From the NCBI GenBank assembly GCA_963668645.2, contig CAXXWC010000018.1, positions 352,001-416,000 on the forward strand: 64,000 nt of DNA, in the 5' to 3' direction. A program made the position numbers and the translations under genes. Source of the DNA: Desulfobacterales bacterium. GTDB taxonomy: Bacteria > Desulfobacterota > Desulfobacteria > Desulfobacterales > UBA2174. Each line of letters opens with the position of its first letter. Position 1 is the first letter of the stretch. Of the stretch, positions 1 to 10,540 are shown piece by piece. Below the pieces are notes generated by a model, which saw nothing but the letters and a program-made list of their open reading frames with translations, did not search any database and was not told where the DNA came from.

Positions 1-420
1 TTCGATCACCGCCAGGCGCCCATTCGGCTTGAGCACCCGCCGGATCTCGCCGAAGGCCACCCGGCCGATCCCGGCCTGGCCGAAGATGTGCAGCACGGTG
101 CAGATCAGGCAGCGGTCGATGCAGCCGTCGCCGATGGGCAGGTTGCCGGTCAGGTCCGCCAGAAAGACCGCGATGTTGCCCAGTCCCTGGACTTCGCCAA
201 TTCCCCGCAGCCGGTGGACCATGAGGGCCGATTTGTCCAGGGCGTAGACCCGCCCGGCCGGCCCGACGCGCCGGGCGGCCTCGATCGCGTAATCGCCCGG
301 TCCGCAGCCCAGGTCCAGAAACGTATCGCCGGGCTTGAGGTCGAGGTGGTGGAAGAGCGCCTCCGGATCGTGCAGCCAGAGACTGCTCGGGCCCCGTCCT
401 GTAGGGTGGTGATTGTCCAT
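1..420 (-). CDS. Class I SAM-dependent methyltransferase (partial, runs off window start)
   Basis: Manual translation MDNHHPTGRGPSSLWLHDPE..FLDLGCGPG..GEIRRVLKPNGRLAVIE; AGGAGG RBS upstream of ATG 420. Confidence 0.85.
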   Translation of the reverse strand, partial: MDNHHPTGRGPSSLWLHDPEALFHHLDLKPGDTFLDLGCGPGDYAIEAARRVGPAGRVYALDKSALMVHRLRGIGEVQGLGNIAVFLADLTGNLPIGDGCIDRCLICTVLHIFGQAGIGRVAFGEIRRVLKPNGRLAVIE

Positions 421-432
421 CGGTCCTCCTTG

Positions 433-1719
433 TCAGAAGCTGTAGCGCACCGCCGCATAAACGTTGGTGTTCTTTTCAAACTGGGCAAAAAAGGTGTGCG
501 CCGCCTCTCCTTGAAAGATGTTGGCGCCGACCTCTACCCCCAGCCGGTCGTTGACCTGGTAATGGATGTGCGGCATCAGGTAAAAATCCGCATCACTGGG
601 CGAGTAGTACGACGACAGGCTCAGGGTCAGGGTCTGGTTCAGCGCCAGGCGCGTCAGTTGGAGGGTGATGACGTGCCTGAGCCGGTCCCGGGCATGGCCG
701 CCGCTCAGCGCCGCCCGGTAGGCGCCGTAGTCGAGCAGATGCTCGACGTAGTACTGCACGCTGGCGTTGAAATCGCGCGCCAGGTCCTGAGTATACCCGG
801 CAAGGTAGCGCATCTCGGCGTTGTCGATCAACGGGTCGGTGCCGCTGCGGTCGTCGGCCGAATCGTAATAGGCCAGCTCCAGGTTGCCGATGCCCGGGCC
901 CACCTTGCCCCGGGCGCTGGCCCCGTAGACGTTAAGCGCGGGGAAGACGGCCTTTCCGTCTGCCGCTTGGCCGGCCGGGCGCTTCCAGAAACCATGGTAG
1001 GCATACAGCGCCAGCTCGTAGTTGTGGATGTTGCGGTAGAGCCGCAGGGCCAGTTCCTCGTCCCCGAACCAGCGATCGGGCTTGTCGGCCGCCACGATGC
1101 GGTCTTTTCCCACACGCGCTCCCTGCTGGCCGTCCCAGTAGGAAAGGAATTCGCCGGTGACATAGCGGTCCGCGTCGAAGCACGGGGTGTAGACCAGATC
1201 GAGGTTGACCGGAGCCGAAAAGAGGCTGACTTTGACCGCGTCGCTCGGGGCCTTGAGATACTCCTTGTCCCGGCCGAGGAAGAAAGACTGCCAGTCCTTG
1301 GGAAACAGGTCGTTCAAAAAGACCAGGTCCCCCGTGCCCCAGGTGAGCACCTGCCGGCCGGCCTTGAGATCCATGTACTCCAGGGGGCGGGCGAAGAGCC
1401 AGAGTTCCCGGGTATCGTAGCGCCCCTTGTCACCCACCCCGTCGGCCCAGGCATCGGCTCTGAACTTGAACTCCAGCGCCTCGGTGGCGGCAAACAGCTC
1501 GGTCTGGAACCGGGCCTCCAGGACCGAGGCGTCCTTTTCATGAAGGTCGCTCTGGGTGCGCGCGCCGCAACGCGTCTCGACAAAACCGTGGACCTCCACC
1601 GGCGGCAGAAAATCGGAAAGCGAGTGCTCCTCGGCCTGGCCGGCAGCGGCCAAGGCGGTCAGCAAGATCAGTTGCACGACCAGCCGGAGGATGCCGGGGA
1701 TTGCGGGCTTCGGCTTCAT
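433..1719 (-). CDS. Exported outer-membrane beta-barrel-like protein (type found with MMPL/LolA-like genes)
   Basis: 428 aa, signal peptide, C-terminal YAAVRYSF beta-signal; overlaps upstream gene by 4 bp. Confidence 0.7.
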   Translation of the reverse strand: MKPKPAIPGILRLVVQLILLTALAAAGQAEEHSLSDFLPPVEVHGFVETRCGARTQSDLHEKDASVLEARFQTELFAATEALEFKFRADAWADGVGDKGRYDTRELWLFARPLEYMDLKAGRQVLTWGTGDLVFLNDLFPKDWQSFFLGRDKEYLKAPSDAVKVSLFSAPVNLDLVYTPCFDADRYVTGEFLSYWDGQQGARVGKDRIVAADKPDRWFGDEELALRLYRNIHNYELALYAYHGFWKRPAGQAADGKAVFPALNVYGASARGKVGPGIGNLELAYYDSADDRSGTDPLIDNAEMRYLAGYTQDLARDFNASVQYYVEHLLDYGAYRAALSGGHARDRLRHVITLQLTRLALNQTLTLSLSSYYSPSDADFYLMPHIHYQVNDRLGVEVGANIFQGEAAHTFFAQFEKNTNVYAAVRYSF

Positions 1720-2546
1720 CGCATCGCTTCCCTGGGCGGGCGCCGCAGATAGCGCTCGGAAAACAGCCCGTCATCCAGGCCGATGTTGTAGCTCAGCCCG
1801 GAGGTGGTCATCTCCGTTTCGCCGCCGCTTTCCAGGTCCCGGGCCACCGACTGGGTGACCGTGGGGAAGGTCTGCCTGCCGCCGTCGCCCGAGGCTTCGA
1901 TGGCCTCGACCCGCGTCGACTCGATGATGCGATAGCAGCGGCCGTCGGCCTTGAAGAATTCCAGCTTCATCGGCAGGAAGGTCTGCCGGTCGATCCGGGC
2001 CAGGTAATAGGCGAACTCCACCGTGCCGGCAGCCTTGGGCACGTTCTTGATGACGTACCGGGTATCGCCGGTCTCCACCAGGGTGTGGACGTCCTCCTGG
2101 GGGCTGCGCCCGGAGATGTCCTCGTAGAGAAAATCCGACCCGGCGAAACTGGTGCGCTTGTCACTGGCGGCGATCCGCTTGACCAGATCGAGGCCCGGCA
2201 GGTAGAGCCAGCGGTCGTCGTCGCTTTCCAGGGCCGCGTGTTTGTGCACCATGAAGGCCATCTTGCGCACGTCTGCCGGGGTCTGAAAATAGACGTAATA
2301 CTTCTGGTCCCGGTCCTGGTCGTCGTCGTTTTTGCGCAGCATGGTAAAGGTCCGCTGGCGCACGTGGCCGGCCTTGTCGCGGATCGTCAGCGAGACTTTC
2401 CCTTTCAGGCTGCGCCCCTGGTACAGGGCCATGTGGTTGGCCCGGCGTACGATCTCGTCGGCGTTCATCCCGCCGGCCATCGCTGTGGCGGCTGCACCCC
2501 AGCAAATCGCTGCGGCCACCAACAGTTGCACGAGTTTCGATTTCAT
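1716..2546 (-). CDS. Outer-membrane lipoprotein-sorting (LolA-like) protein
   Basis: Signal peptide from MKSKLVQ; DDDRWLYLPGLDLVKRIA and SFAGSDFLYED motifs. Confidence 0.8.
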   Translation of the reverse strand: MKSKLVQLLVAAAICWGAAATAMAGGMNADEIVRRANHMALYQGRSLKGKVSLTIRDKAGHVRQRTFTMLRKNDDDQDRDQKYYVYFQTPADVRKMAFMVHKHAALESDDDRWLYLPGLDLVKRIAASDKRTSFAGSDFLYEDISGRSPQEDVHTLVETGDTRYVIKNVPKAAGTVEFAYYLARIDRQTFLPMKLEFFKADGRCYRIIESTRVEAIEASGDGGRQTFPTVTQSVARDLESGGETEMTTSGLSYNIGLDDGLFSERYLRRPPREAMR

Positions 2547-2577
2547 CGGATTCTCCTTGTTTTCCTTGTGTTGAGGT

Positions 2578-5259
2578 TCAGGGTTCAACCGGTGCCTCGT
2601 CCTGCGACAACACCGGCCTGGCGTTCGAGCTGCGCCCCCGGCCTGGTTGAAAGAACCATTTTTCGGCCACGGTGAGCAGCGACGGCAGGGCCAGCAGGGT
2701 CATCACCCCGGACAGGGTCATGATGGCGAACAGCATGACCCCCATGGTCTTGTACGGAATCAGGGGGCCGACCAGCAGCGGCAGAAAGCCGATGGCGATC
2801 ACCAGCACGTTGCGGCTGATGGCCCGGGCCGGTTCGCCGAACATCCGCTGCAAAACCGGCGGCCACTCGCCCAACTCGGCGTACTGGACCCGGCTGCGCT
2901 GGAGAAAGTGGATCGCAAAATCCACCGCCATACCCAGGGCCAGGACCCCCAGCACGGCGATGGGAAGATCGTAGTCCTTGCCCATGGCCCCCACCAGACC
3001 GTAGATCGTCACGATGGTGACGGTCAGCGGTACCATGCACAGCACCCCCCAGCGTGCGGAGCGGAACAGGAAGGCCATCATGGCAAACACCACCACAAAG
3101 CTTCCCGAAAAGGAGCGCAGCATGGCCGGGATCAGCCGTTCCTGAAGCACCAGGTTGATATAGTGCAGCCCGGCCCAGCGGTGGGTCAGGGACATCGGGG
3201 GCGGATGCAGCCGGAAGTAGTCGTCCACCTCGGCCACGACGGCTTTCATGACGCTGCTGTCGCCGCTTTTAAGCTGCACCCAGATGTTGGCGTGCCGGTA
3301 GTCGGGCGCCACCATGTGCCACAGGTCGCCCGGCCGGTGGCCCTGCTGGAATTGGAAGCAGCATTCGGCCACGGCCTGCAGGGTGTCCGGGATGCGAAAA
3401 TTTTCAGGCCGGCCGTCGATCATCTCCTGGCGGACCTTGGCCACGGCGCCGGCCATCGAGGTGGTCTTGCCCACCATGTCGGTGGCTTCCAGGTGCCGTT
3501 GCAGTGCGGCCATGTACCGCAGCACCTCCGGCCGCTTGAAGGCCTTGCGTTGTTCCTTGATCAGCCCCACGTGGCCGCGCAGTTCCTCGTAGGCGAAAAA
3601 ATCCTCGTCCGACGCGGTGGCGGCACGCGCTTCGATCAGGGCGGCCACCCGGTCGAAAAAAGTCTCGGCGCAAGAGGCCGGCGCCTCCATCTCGATCGCC
3701 GCCGACACCTGGCGCGCCAGTTCCGGCGCCCGGGGATGGACCCGGGCGATCTTTGCGGCAAATGCGGCCAGCTCCTCGCTCAGCGCCCGCCTGCCGTCGG
3801 TGTCAAAGCGGTCCGGCGTGCTGTCTTCGAGCACCAGGTAGGCGGTATAGGTGCCCCCGAGGTGCCGGTTGAGGGCGATATCGGCCTGGCGGATGGGGTG
3901 GCCGGTGACAAAGCGTTTGGCATAGTTGTCGTTGACCCTGATCTGCGTCATGCCCCAGACGGACAGGGCGGTGAGCACGGCCAGCACCGCCAGCACGGCG
4001 CCGGCATGCCGGGCCGTCAGCCGGCCGACGGCGTTCAAGGTGGCCGTCAGCAATTCCCGTCCGGCCCGGCGCCCGGCCGCCAGGCCGAAGCCGGTCAGCT
4101 TGCTTTCCGGGATCATCATCACGTAGGCCGGCACGAAGATGACGGTGTACAGCCAGGCGATCATCACGCCGATGCTCAGAAAGGCCCCGAAGATCTGGGC
4201 CGGCGGGATCGGTGTGAAGATCAGCGAGGCGAATCCGGCCGCCGTGGTCAGGCTGGTGTACAAAATCGGCACGAACAGGGTGTCCATCACCCGGCGGATC
4301 GTTTCCCGGCGGCCTGTCTCCGGGCGGTAGACATCGAAGAATTCCGACAGGATGTGGATCGCGCTGACCGTGCCGATGCACATGAGAAAGATCGGGATCA
4401 TCGAGCTGAGGATGTGCACATCGAAGCCGCAGGCGATCATCAGTCCCATGGTGGACAGCACGGAAAACGAGGCGATGATCATCGGCAGGATCACCAGGCG
4501 CCACTGGCGAAAGAAGATCATCATCAGCGCGAAGATCACCGCCATGGCCATGGGCGAGCCCACCGCCATCTGCGAGAACATCTCCACCCCGATGGCCACC
4601 TCGGCCACCGGCACGCCGGCGATGTGGTAGGTCTCATCGCCGCCCATGGACTCGATTTTCTTGTTCAGCGCGGTGCAGATGCGGTAGCTCAGGTGCTTGT
4701 CGGTCAACGGCAGGTAGATGCAGATCACCCGGCCGTCCTCGGAAAACATCCGCCCCCGCAGCAGGGGATTGGAAAAGGCCCGCTCCCGGATCGCCCGGGC
4801 CGCCTCGCGGGTCTCGGGGGGTGCGGGCATCAGCCATTCGAAGCGGATCTCTCCCGGTGCGCCCTGGCTCATATGGTCGACCAGGGACGGGGCCACCATG
4901 TCCACCGTGACGACCCCGGAAGAGCGGGAGGGATCGGCCTCGTCCGGCCAGCGCAGCGTGCGGGCGAATTGGGTTAGTTCGAAGACCCGACCCAGGGTCT
5001 GGGGGTTGAACGCCCCGTCCGGGTCGTGCTCGTTGACCACGCCCACCACCACGGTTTCGCTCAGGGCGAAGCGGCGCTTGGAGGCGTTGTGAAAGACCCG
5101 CTCGGGTGAGTCGGCAGCCACCATGTTTTCCGGGTCGGTGTCGATGTGGATCTTGGGGAAAAAGGCGCACAGGGCCAGGGTCAGCGCCACCATGAGTGCG
5201 GTGGCCGTCCGGCTGTGATCGATGGCAAAGGTGATAAGGGCGTTGCGGATACGGTTCAT
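2578..5259 (-). CDS. MMPL/RND-family transporter
   Basis: 893 aa, two repeated TM bundles each with a large periplasmic loop; GMAVDFAIHF motif. Confidence 0.85.
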   Translation of the reverse strand: MNRIRNALITFAIDHSRTATALMVALTLALCAFFPKIHIDTDPENMVAADSPERVFHNASKRRFALSETVVVGVVNEHDPDGAFNPQTLGRVFELTQFARTLRWPDEADPSRSSGVVTVDMVAPSLVDHMSQGAPGEIRFEWLMPAPPETREAARAIRERAFSNPLLRGRMFSEDGRVICIYLPLTDKHLSYRICTALNKKIESMGGDETYHIAGVPVAEVAIGVEMFSQMAVGSPMAMAVIFALMMIFFRQWRLVILPMIIASFSVLSTMGLMIACGFDVHILSSMIPIFLMCIGTVSAIHILSEFFDVYRPETGRRETIRRVMDTLFVPILYTSLTTAAGFASLIFTPIPPAQIFGAFLSIGVMIAWLYTVIFVPAYVMMIPESKLTGFGLAAGRRAGRELLTATLNAVGRLTARHAGAVLAVLAVLTALSVWGMTQIRVNDNYAKRFVTGHPIRQADIALNRHLGGTYTAYLVLEDSTPDRFDTDGRRALSEELAAFAAKIARVHPRAPELARQVSAAIEMEAPASCAETFFDRVAALIEARAATASDEDFFAYEELRGHVGLIKEQRKAFKRPEVLRYMAALQRHLEATDMVGKTTSMAGAVAKVRQEMIDGRPENFRIPDTLQAVAECCFQFQQGHRPGDLWHMVAPDYRHANIWVQLKSGDSSVMKAVVAEVDDYFRLHPPPMSLTHRWAGLHYINLVLQERLIPAMLRSFSGSFVVVFAMMAFLFRSARWGVLCMVPLTVTIVTIYGLVGAMGKDYDLPIAVLGVLALGMAVDFAIHFLQRSRVQYAELGEWPPVLQRMFGEPARAISRNVLVIAIGFLPLLVGPLIPYKTMGVMLFAIMTLSGVMTLLALPSLLTVAEKWFFQPGRGRSSNARPVLSQDEAPVEP

Positions 5260-5291
5260 GATGCAATCTCCGGCAATCGTGCCAGCTTCGG

Positions 5292-8200
5292 TTACAGATA
5301 GGCGAGAAAGGCCTCCAGACGGTTGGCGTCGCTGGTGTTCGGGTGCCCGTCGAAGGTCAGGTTGAGCAGCGGTCTGGTGCCTGGACCGGCAAAGGCCGGG
5401 TGCAGGACGTTGAGCGAGACACCGGTGTTCTCATAGACAGAGGAAACCGTGACGATGCCGTCGATGTGCGCCGGATCGCCCAGGACCTTGGCCGCCCGGT
5501 AGCGGCCGAAGGCGCCGGCGTAGTACCCGACGCTGCACTCGGCCCGGTCGGCCAGCACTTGCGGATCGTGTTCGAACGGGCTGCAAGGCCCGAGACATTG
5601 CGAGATACGCGCCATGTTCTTGGCCAGGGCGTCGAGCAAAGGCCGGTGGCGGTCGGTGTGTCCGTTCTGGGCCGCGCAGTCGTGCCAGAACAGCCACAGG
5701 GTTTCGGCCAGAGGGGCCCAGACCACCCGGTGGCCCCGGTTTTCCATCGCCTGGAAAGTAAGGTCGTTCAGCCCGTCGTTGTAAAGCACCAGCGGCTCAC
5801 CCACGGCCATGATCCGCTTGCCCGGCGGCATCGGTTCCCGGGCCACGCTGCCGGTCACTGCCGCCAGGGCCTCGATGTCCAGGCGGCCCCTGAGGGCCGG
5901 ATCCAGCAGCCGTTGCAGGCATTGCTCGCGGCGGGGCAGGGGGGCGGCACGCACCACGTCCCCGGCCAGCAGGGCGAGAAAAAGCGCTTCGATGTCGGCG
6001 GCGGCCAGGTCCGGCAGGTCCTCCAGAAACGGCGAAACCACCGTCGCTTCACCAAAGCCTTCCTCATCGAGTTTGAGCCGCAGCATGCGGCTGAACTGCC
6101 CGTCGACTTCCGCGCCTTCGCTGCGGGGGACCAGAAACGCACGGCGGGTGCCGTCGCCGCTGCGGCACCGTTTGAGCGCGTCTCCCATCAGGGCTGTCAG
6201 CGAGAAGGATTCCTCGGCGAGGGTCAGGGCCCGGCCGATGTCCAGGGCGTCCGCATCGGTCATGGGCAGCACCTCGGTGGCGAACCCCCTGGCCTGGAGC
6301 AGGGCCGCGCCGATCTGGGCATAGGGATAGAGGTGTGGCAGGCAGACGGTGGTGCCGTCCTCGACCTGTCCCAGGCTGCCGGCGATGTTCTCGTCCCGGT
6401 GAACGATGCGGGAAAGGTAGGCGCTCACCGGTTCGGCCCGCGCAGGGGGCCGATGGCGGATGCTCTCCACGAAGGCTTCCACCCGGGTGAGCATCCCGAC
6501 CCGCGAGGCGTGCTCGTCCACCTCGATGTGCAGGTAGGGCTTGTCCTGCATCGCCTCACGGAAATAGTGGGCCAGGACCGAATCCGGGCCGCAGCCGTGG
6601 TGGGTGAGCAGGATGGCGTAAAGGTTCGGATGCTCCCGGATGAAGGGGGCCGGCTCCAGGATATGCAGGCCGAAGGGCCAGTACATGTTCGGGTGTTCCC
6701 GCGACAGGTCGTCTTCGGGCATGAAGTAGAACGGCAGCACCGGATAGCCCATCTCCATCAGCCGGTCGGCGATGCCCATGTTGAGCACCGGGTCGGCGAT
6801 GCCGTAAATCTTGGAAATCATCACGAAGGCCTTGCGGGTCGGGTCGAGCCGCTCCAGGGCCGCGCGTCCGGCCGCGGCCAGGCGTGCCTCGAAGTCGTGG
6901 TAGGCAGCCATCCCCTGTTGCAGGGCTTCGAGGGTCTGCTGGCGTGTCCGGCCGAGCTGGCGCCCCAGACCCGCGAAGCTTTCCATCATGAAGGTCCGGC
7001 CCAGGCTGAAGGCGATGGTGGGGGCCAGTAGCCCGATCTTGCGGCCATCGAGGTCCATGGCGCGGTTGACGATCTTGAAGGCGAGCTGCATGTAGGCGCA
7101 GCCGTAGTTCTTGCGCGCCGGCGATCCCGGGTGGTCCACGCTGTACAGGTCCGGAAAGAAGATGTAGTCCACCTTTCTTTGGACCAGTTCGGCCACGTGG
7201 CCGTTGATCAGTTTTACCGGATAGCAGGTCTCGTCCAGGGCATAGGCCTGGCCCAGGGCGATGGTCCGCTCGCTGCTGGGCGCCGAGAGCAGCACGTTGA
7301 AGCCCAGGGCGGTAAAGAACCGGTGAAACAGGGAGAACATCCCGAAGGTGAACAGGGCCCGGGGGATGCCGACGGTCGGCTTGTTGGGGTCGAGTTTCTC
7401 GCGGTACCCCTCGAAGATCAGCGTGTCCACCGATTGGGCGAAGGCGGAGGGGGCCGGGTCCGCCGGCTGGCGGGGTGCTGCGGGCGCCGGGCCTTCGGCT
7501 TCGGGCGTAAATCCCTTGAAACGGGTCGCGCCTCCTGCCACGGTCTCCCGGGCCAGCAGGGCCGCACCGTAGGCCCCGGTGACGCTGAAAAAGGGCGGTA
7601 CGACGATCCTCTTGCCGGTGAGGGCACGCAGGGCGTTGGCCACTCCCTGGTTGAAGGCCAGGCCGCCCTGGAAGAAGATCCGCTCGCCGATCGGCTTTTT
7701 GCCCACCACCCGGTGAAGGTAGTTGCGGGCCACGGCGTAGCAGATCCCGGCGCTGATGTCCTCGCGGCACCGCCCGCGGCCCAGATGGGCCGCGATGCCC
7801 GCCTCCATGAACACGGTGCAGCGCTCTCCCAAGTCCACCGGCCGGTCGCCGGCCAGGGCCATGGCGCCGATCCTGTCCAGAGGGATGTCGAATTTTTTCG
7901 CCTGCTCCTCGATAAAGGAGCCCGTACCGGCGGCACAGACCTTGTTCATCTGGAAATCGGCCACCGCGCCGCCGGCGATGCGGATGTACTTCGAGTCCTG
8001 GCCGCCGATCTCGAAAACGGTGTCCACCGCCGGATCGAGGGCCACGGCAGCCCGGGCCTGGGCCGTGATTTCGTCCTTGACCGCGTCGGCGCCGATCAGC
8101 CGGCCGGTGAGGTAACGCCCCGATCCGGTGGTGGCCGCGCCCAGGACACGCAGTCGGTCGCCGTAGGCCTCGTTGAGCGATGCCAGGCCCCGGCGCACCG

Positions 8201-9260
8201 CCGCCGCCGGATCACCCAGGGTCCGCAGATAGCGGAAGGCGATGATCCGGCCCGCCGGGTCGGTGAGTACCAGGTTGGTGCTGGTCGAGCCCACGTCCAC
8301 CCCCAGATACCCGTCGATGCGGCCGTCCGGGGGGGCAACGGTCTCGTGCTTCAGACGGTTGTCGCCGCGCCCGAAGGCGGCCAGGGCCGGCATGGGCCGG
8401 CCGGGCGGCACCGCTTCGGCCGGCGCTTCGGTCCATTTCAGTTCCGCGATTGCCGGATGTGCCACGCGCATCCTTTCGTTCAGGGCGATGCGGGCCGCAC
8501 CCAGCGCACTGATGCAGGCCGTCTCGGGCGGCACGATCAACTCATCGGGGGCCAGCTTCAACAGATCCTGAAGGGCGAAGCGGATGGCCCGGTTGCGGGC
8601 CACGCCGCCGGCCAGCAGCAGCGGCGTCTGTTGCGGCAGCTTGCGCAGCACGGCGATGCGCAGGTTGCGCACCAGGGCGTAGGCCAGTCCCATGAGGATA
8701 TCGGCCACCGGCACGCCCTCCTGCTGGTGGTGGGTGATGTCCGTCTTGGCGAATACGCTGCAGCGTCCGGAAATCCGGGGAACCGCGGTGGCCCGGGCGG
8801 CCACGGCCGAGTACTCCTCCAGCACCATGCCGAGCCGCGCGACCTGGGCTTCGATAAACGAACCGGTGCCGGCCGCGCAGCCGGCGCTCATGGCGATGCC
8901 GATGCGGGATCGGTCGTGGCCGTCCAGTCCGGTGACATACTTGGCGCCTTGGCCGCCGATCTCGAGCGCGGCCCGGGCCCCGGGGGCTGCGGTCCTGGCA
9001 CCCTCGACCAAGGCGCGCACCTCGTTGATCCGGTCGATGCCGGCGCTGCAACCGAACCGTTCGCCGCCGCTGCCGGTCACCGCCCCCCATTCGATCCGGG
9101 GCAGTGGAGAGCCTGCGGCGGCCTCCTTCATCAGGCCCTGCAGCGTGCTGCCGGGGTTGCCGTTGTGCAGGCGGTAGCCGGCGAAGCGCACCGCGGCCGT
9201 TTCGTCCATCAGCACCAGTTTGACGGCGCTGTAACCGATATCGATGCCTATGCTTTGCAT
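5292..9260 (-). CDS. Fused acyl-CoA dehydratase activase (two BadF/BadG/BcrA/BcrD ATPase domains plus DUF2229-like region)
   Basis: GIDIGYS/GVDVGSTST, EIGGQ and CAAGTGSF each occur twice; later ETCYPVK and HGCGPDS; start MQSIG with GGAGAGG RBS. Confidence 0.85.
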   Translation of the reverse strand: MQSIGIDIGYSAVKLVLMDETAAVRFAGYRLHNGNPGSTLQGLMKEAAAGSPLPRIEWGAVTGSGGERFGCSAGIDRINEVRALVEGARTAAPGARAALEIGGQGAKYVTGLDGHDRSRIGIAMSAGCAAGTGSFIEAQVARLGMVLEEYSAVAARATAVPRISGRCSVFAKTDITHHQQEGVPVADILMGLAYALVRNLRIAVLRKLPQQTPLLLAGGVARNRAIRFALQDLLKLAPDELIVPPETACISALGAARIALNERMRVAHPAIAELKWTEAPAEAVPPGRPMPALAAFGRGDNRLKHETVAPPDGRIDGYLGVDVGSTSTNLVLTDPAGRIIAFRYLRTLGDPAAAVRRGLASLNEAYGDRLRVLGAATTGSGRYLTGRLIGADAVKDEITAQARAAVALDPAVDTVFEIGGQDSKYIRIAGGAVADFQMNKVCAAGTGSFIEEQAKKFDIPLDRIGAMALAGDRPVDLGERCTVFMEAGIAAHLGRGRCREDISAGICYAVARNYLHRVVGKKPIGERIFFQGGLAFNQGVANALRALTGKRIVVPPFFSVTGAYGAALLARETVAGGATRFKGFTPEAEGPAPAAPRQPADPAPSAFAQSVDTLIFEGYREKLDPNKPTVGIPRALFTFGMFSLFHRFFTALGFNVLLSAPSSERTIALGQAYALDETCYPVKLINGHVAELVQRKVDYIFFPDLYSVDHPGSPARKNYGCAYMQLAFKIVNRAMDLDGRKIGLLAPTIAFSLGRTFMMESFAGLGRQLGRTRQQTLEALQQGMAAYHDFEARLAAAGRAALERLDPTRKAFVMISKIYGIADPVLNMGIADRLMEMGYPVLPFYFMPEDDLSREHPNMYWPFGLHILEPAPFIREHPNLYAILLTHHGCGPDSVLAHYFREAMQDKPYLHIEVDEHASRVGMLTRVEAFVESIRHRPPARAEPVSAYLSRIVHRDENIAGSLGQVEDGTTVCLPHLYPYAQIGAALLQARGFATEVLPMTDADALDIGRALTLAEESFSLTALMGDALKRCRSGDGTRRAFLVPRSEGAEVDGQFSRMLRLKLDEEGFGEATVVSPFLEDLPDLAAADIEALFLALLAGDVVRAAPLPRREQCLQRLLDPALRGRLDIEALAAVTGSVAREPMPPGKRIMAVGEPLVLYNDGLNDLTFQAMENRGHRVVWAPLAETLWLFWHDCAAQNGHTDRHRPLLDALAKNMARISQCLGPCSPFEHDPQVLADRAECSVGYYAGAFGRYRAAKVLGDPAHIDGIVTVSSVYENTGVSLNVLHPAFAGPGTRPLLNLTFDGHPNTSDANRLEAFLAYL

Positions 9261-9541
9261 GTCCTCTCCTTTTTGGTCTCTGACATTGTTCGAGCTGTCT
9301 ATCAATACTCGATCCGCACCCGGGATTCTGCTCCGGGCGGCCCGTTTTTCGACCCGCACCACCCGCGGCAAGGCAGGTGGGAAGAGGGCCTGCCCCGGCG
9401 GATGAAAAGCGCTTGGCGGTAACGCGCCGCTGGTGCGTCATGAAGAGGGCAGCACGGCTAAAGGCGCACCGGGAGGCGATGCGCCAGATCGGGGCAGGAC
9501 AGGGGAGAGGGCCGGCGGCAAGGTGCCCCGAACCGCCGGTG

Positions 9542-10540
9542 CTAGTCGGAGATCGGTGGGTTGGACTGGTTGGGAAAAAGCGGCTCCCGGTTGCGGAGCG
9601 ACTGCAGAACGTGTTTGGGCAAAAGACCGAAGCGGCGCTTGTAGGCCCGGGTGAAATGGCTCACATTGACGTAACCGACACTCCAGGCCACCTGGCTGAC
9701 GTTCATCTCGGCGGCTTCCAAAAGCTGCCTGGCCCGCTGCAGCCGGTACTCGCGCAGGTAGCCGTAAACGCTTTGGCCGTAGAGCCGGTGAAACCCGTGC
9801 TGCAGCTTGTTCAGGTTCAGGCCGTGCTGCCGGCCGAGAGCCTTGAGGGGCGGCGGGTCGGCCAGGTTCCGGACCAGGTGATCGTGGGCCTCGTGGACCC
9901 GCGCGATTTCGGTATGATCGAGCCTGAGCGGCGATGGCCGCCCGGCGGCCATCAAGCGATTGAGGCGCAGGGCGATGAGTTCCAGGGCTTTGCCTTCAAG
10001 GTAGAGCCTGTCGAGAGGCGCTGGGGGATGCAGGGAAAAGATATCCCGCACGGCGCACTGCAGATCGGGGTCCATTTCCTGGCGGCAGAGGTAGGCAGGG
10101 CCCGGATCACGTCCGAAGATCGACCGGAAACCGGCCGGCAGCCCGGTCAGGTCGTTGTCGAGCAGGTGCCGCAGCAGGCCCGGCGCCACGTGGATATGCA
10201 CCGCCTGCAGAGGCCGGCCGCCGCTTACCGCCACCACGCCGCGCCGCCCAGGCAGGTAGCCGATGCCGGCAAGTCCCGCGGCACCGTCCAGGTCTGATGG
10301 GGGACCGTCCCGCAGGCCCCACCGATGGTTGAGGCGGCCGCTGAGAATGAACCCGAAATCGACCATGGCCGGCTGCTTCCGGTAGCCCAGCTCGAAGGGC
10401 TGACCGGCAGGGCAGTCCAGCACGCTGATCCACAGACCGGGGCGCAGCACGGCCTGGCGCCAGATGCGGCCAAGATCCGGGAGGTCGGCGGCTGCCGCTG
10501 CATCCAGCAGCTCAACGGCGTAGATCGAGGTTGCTGTCAC
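9542..10540 (-). CDS. AraC-family transcriptional regulator (PchR/YbtA-like)
   Basis: YLEGKALELI and C-terminal NVSQVAWSVGYVNVSHFTRAYKRRFG; GTG start inferred from RBS. Confidence 0.85.
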   Translation of the reverse strand: MTATSIYAVELLDAAAAADLPDLGRIWRQAVLRPGLWISVLDCPAGQPFELGYRKQPAMVDFGFILSGRLNHRWGLRDGPPSDLDGAAGLAGIGYLPGRRGVVAVSGGRPLQAVHIHVAPGLLRHLLDNDLTGLPAGFRSIFGRDPGPAYLCRQEMDPDLQCAVRDIFSLHPPAPLDRLYLEGKALELIALRLNRLMAAGRPSPLRLDHTEIARVHEAHDHLVRNLADPPPLKALGRQHGLNLNKLQHGFHRLYGQSVYGYLREYRLQRARQLLEAAEMNVSQVAWSVGYVNVSHFTRAYKRRFGLLPKHVLQSLRNREPLFPNQSNPPISD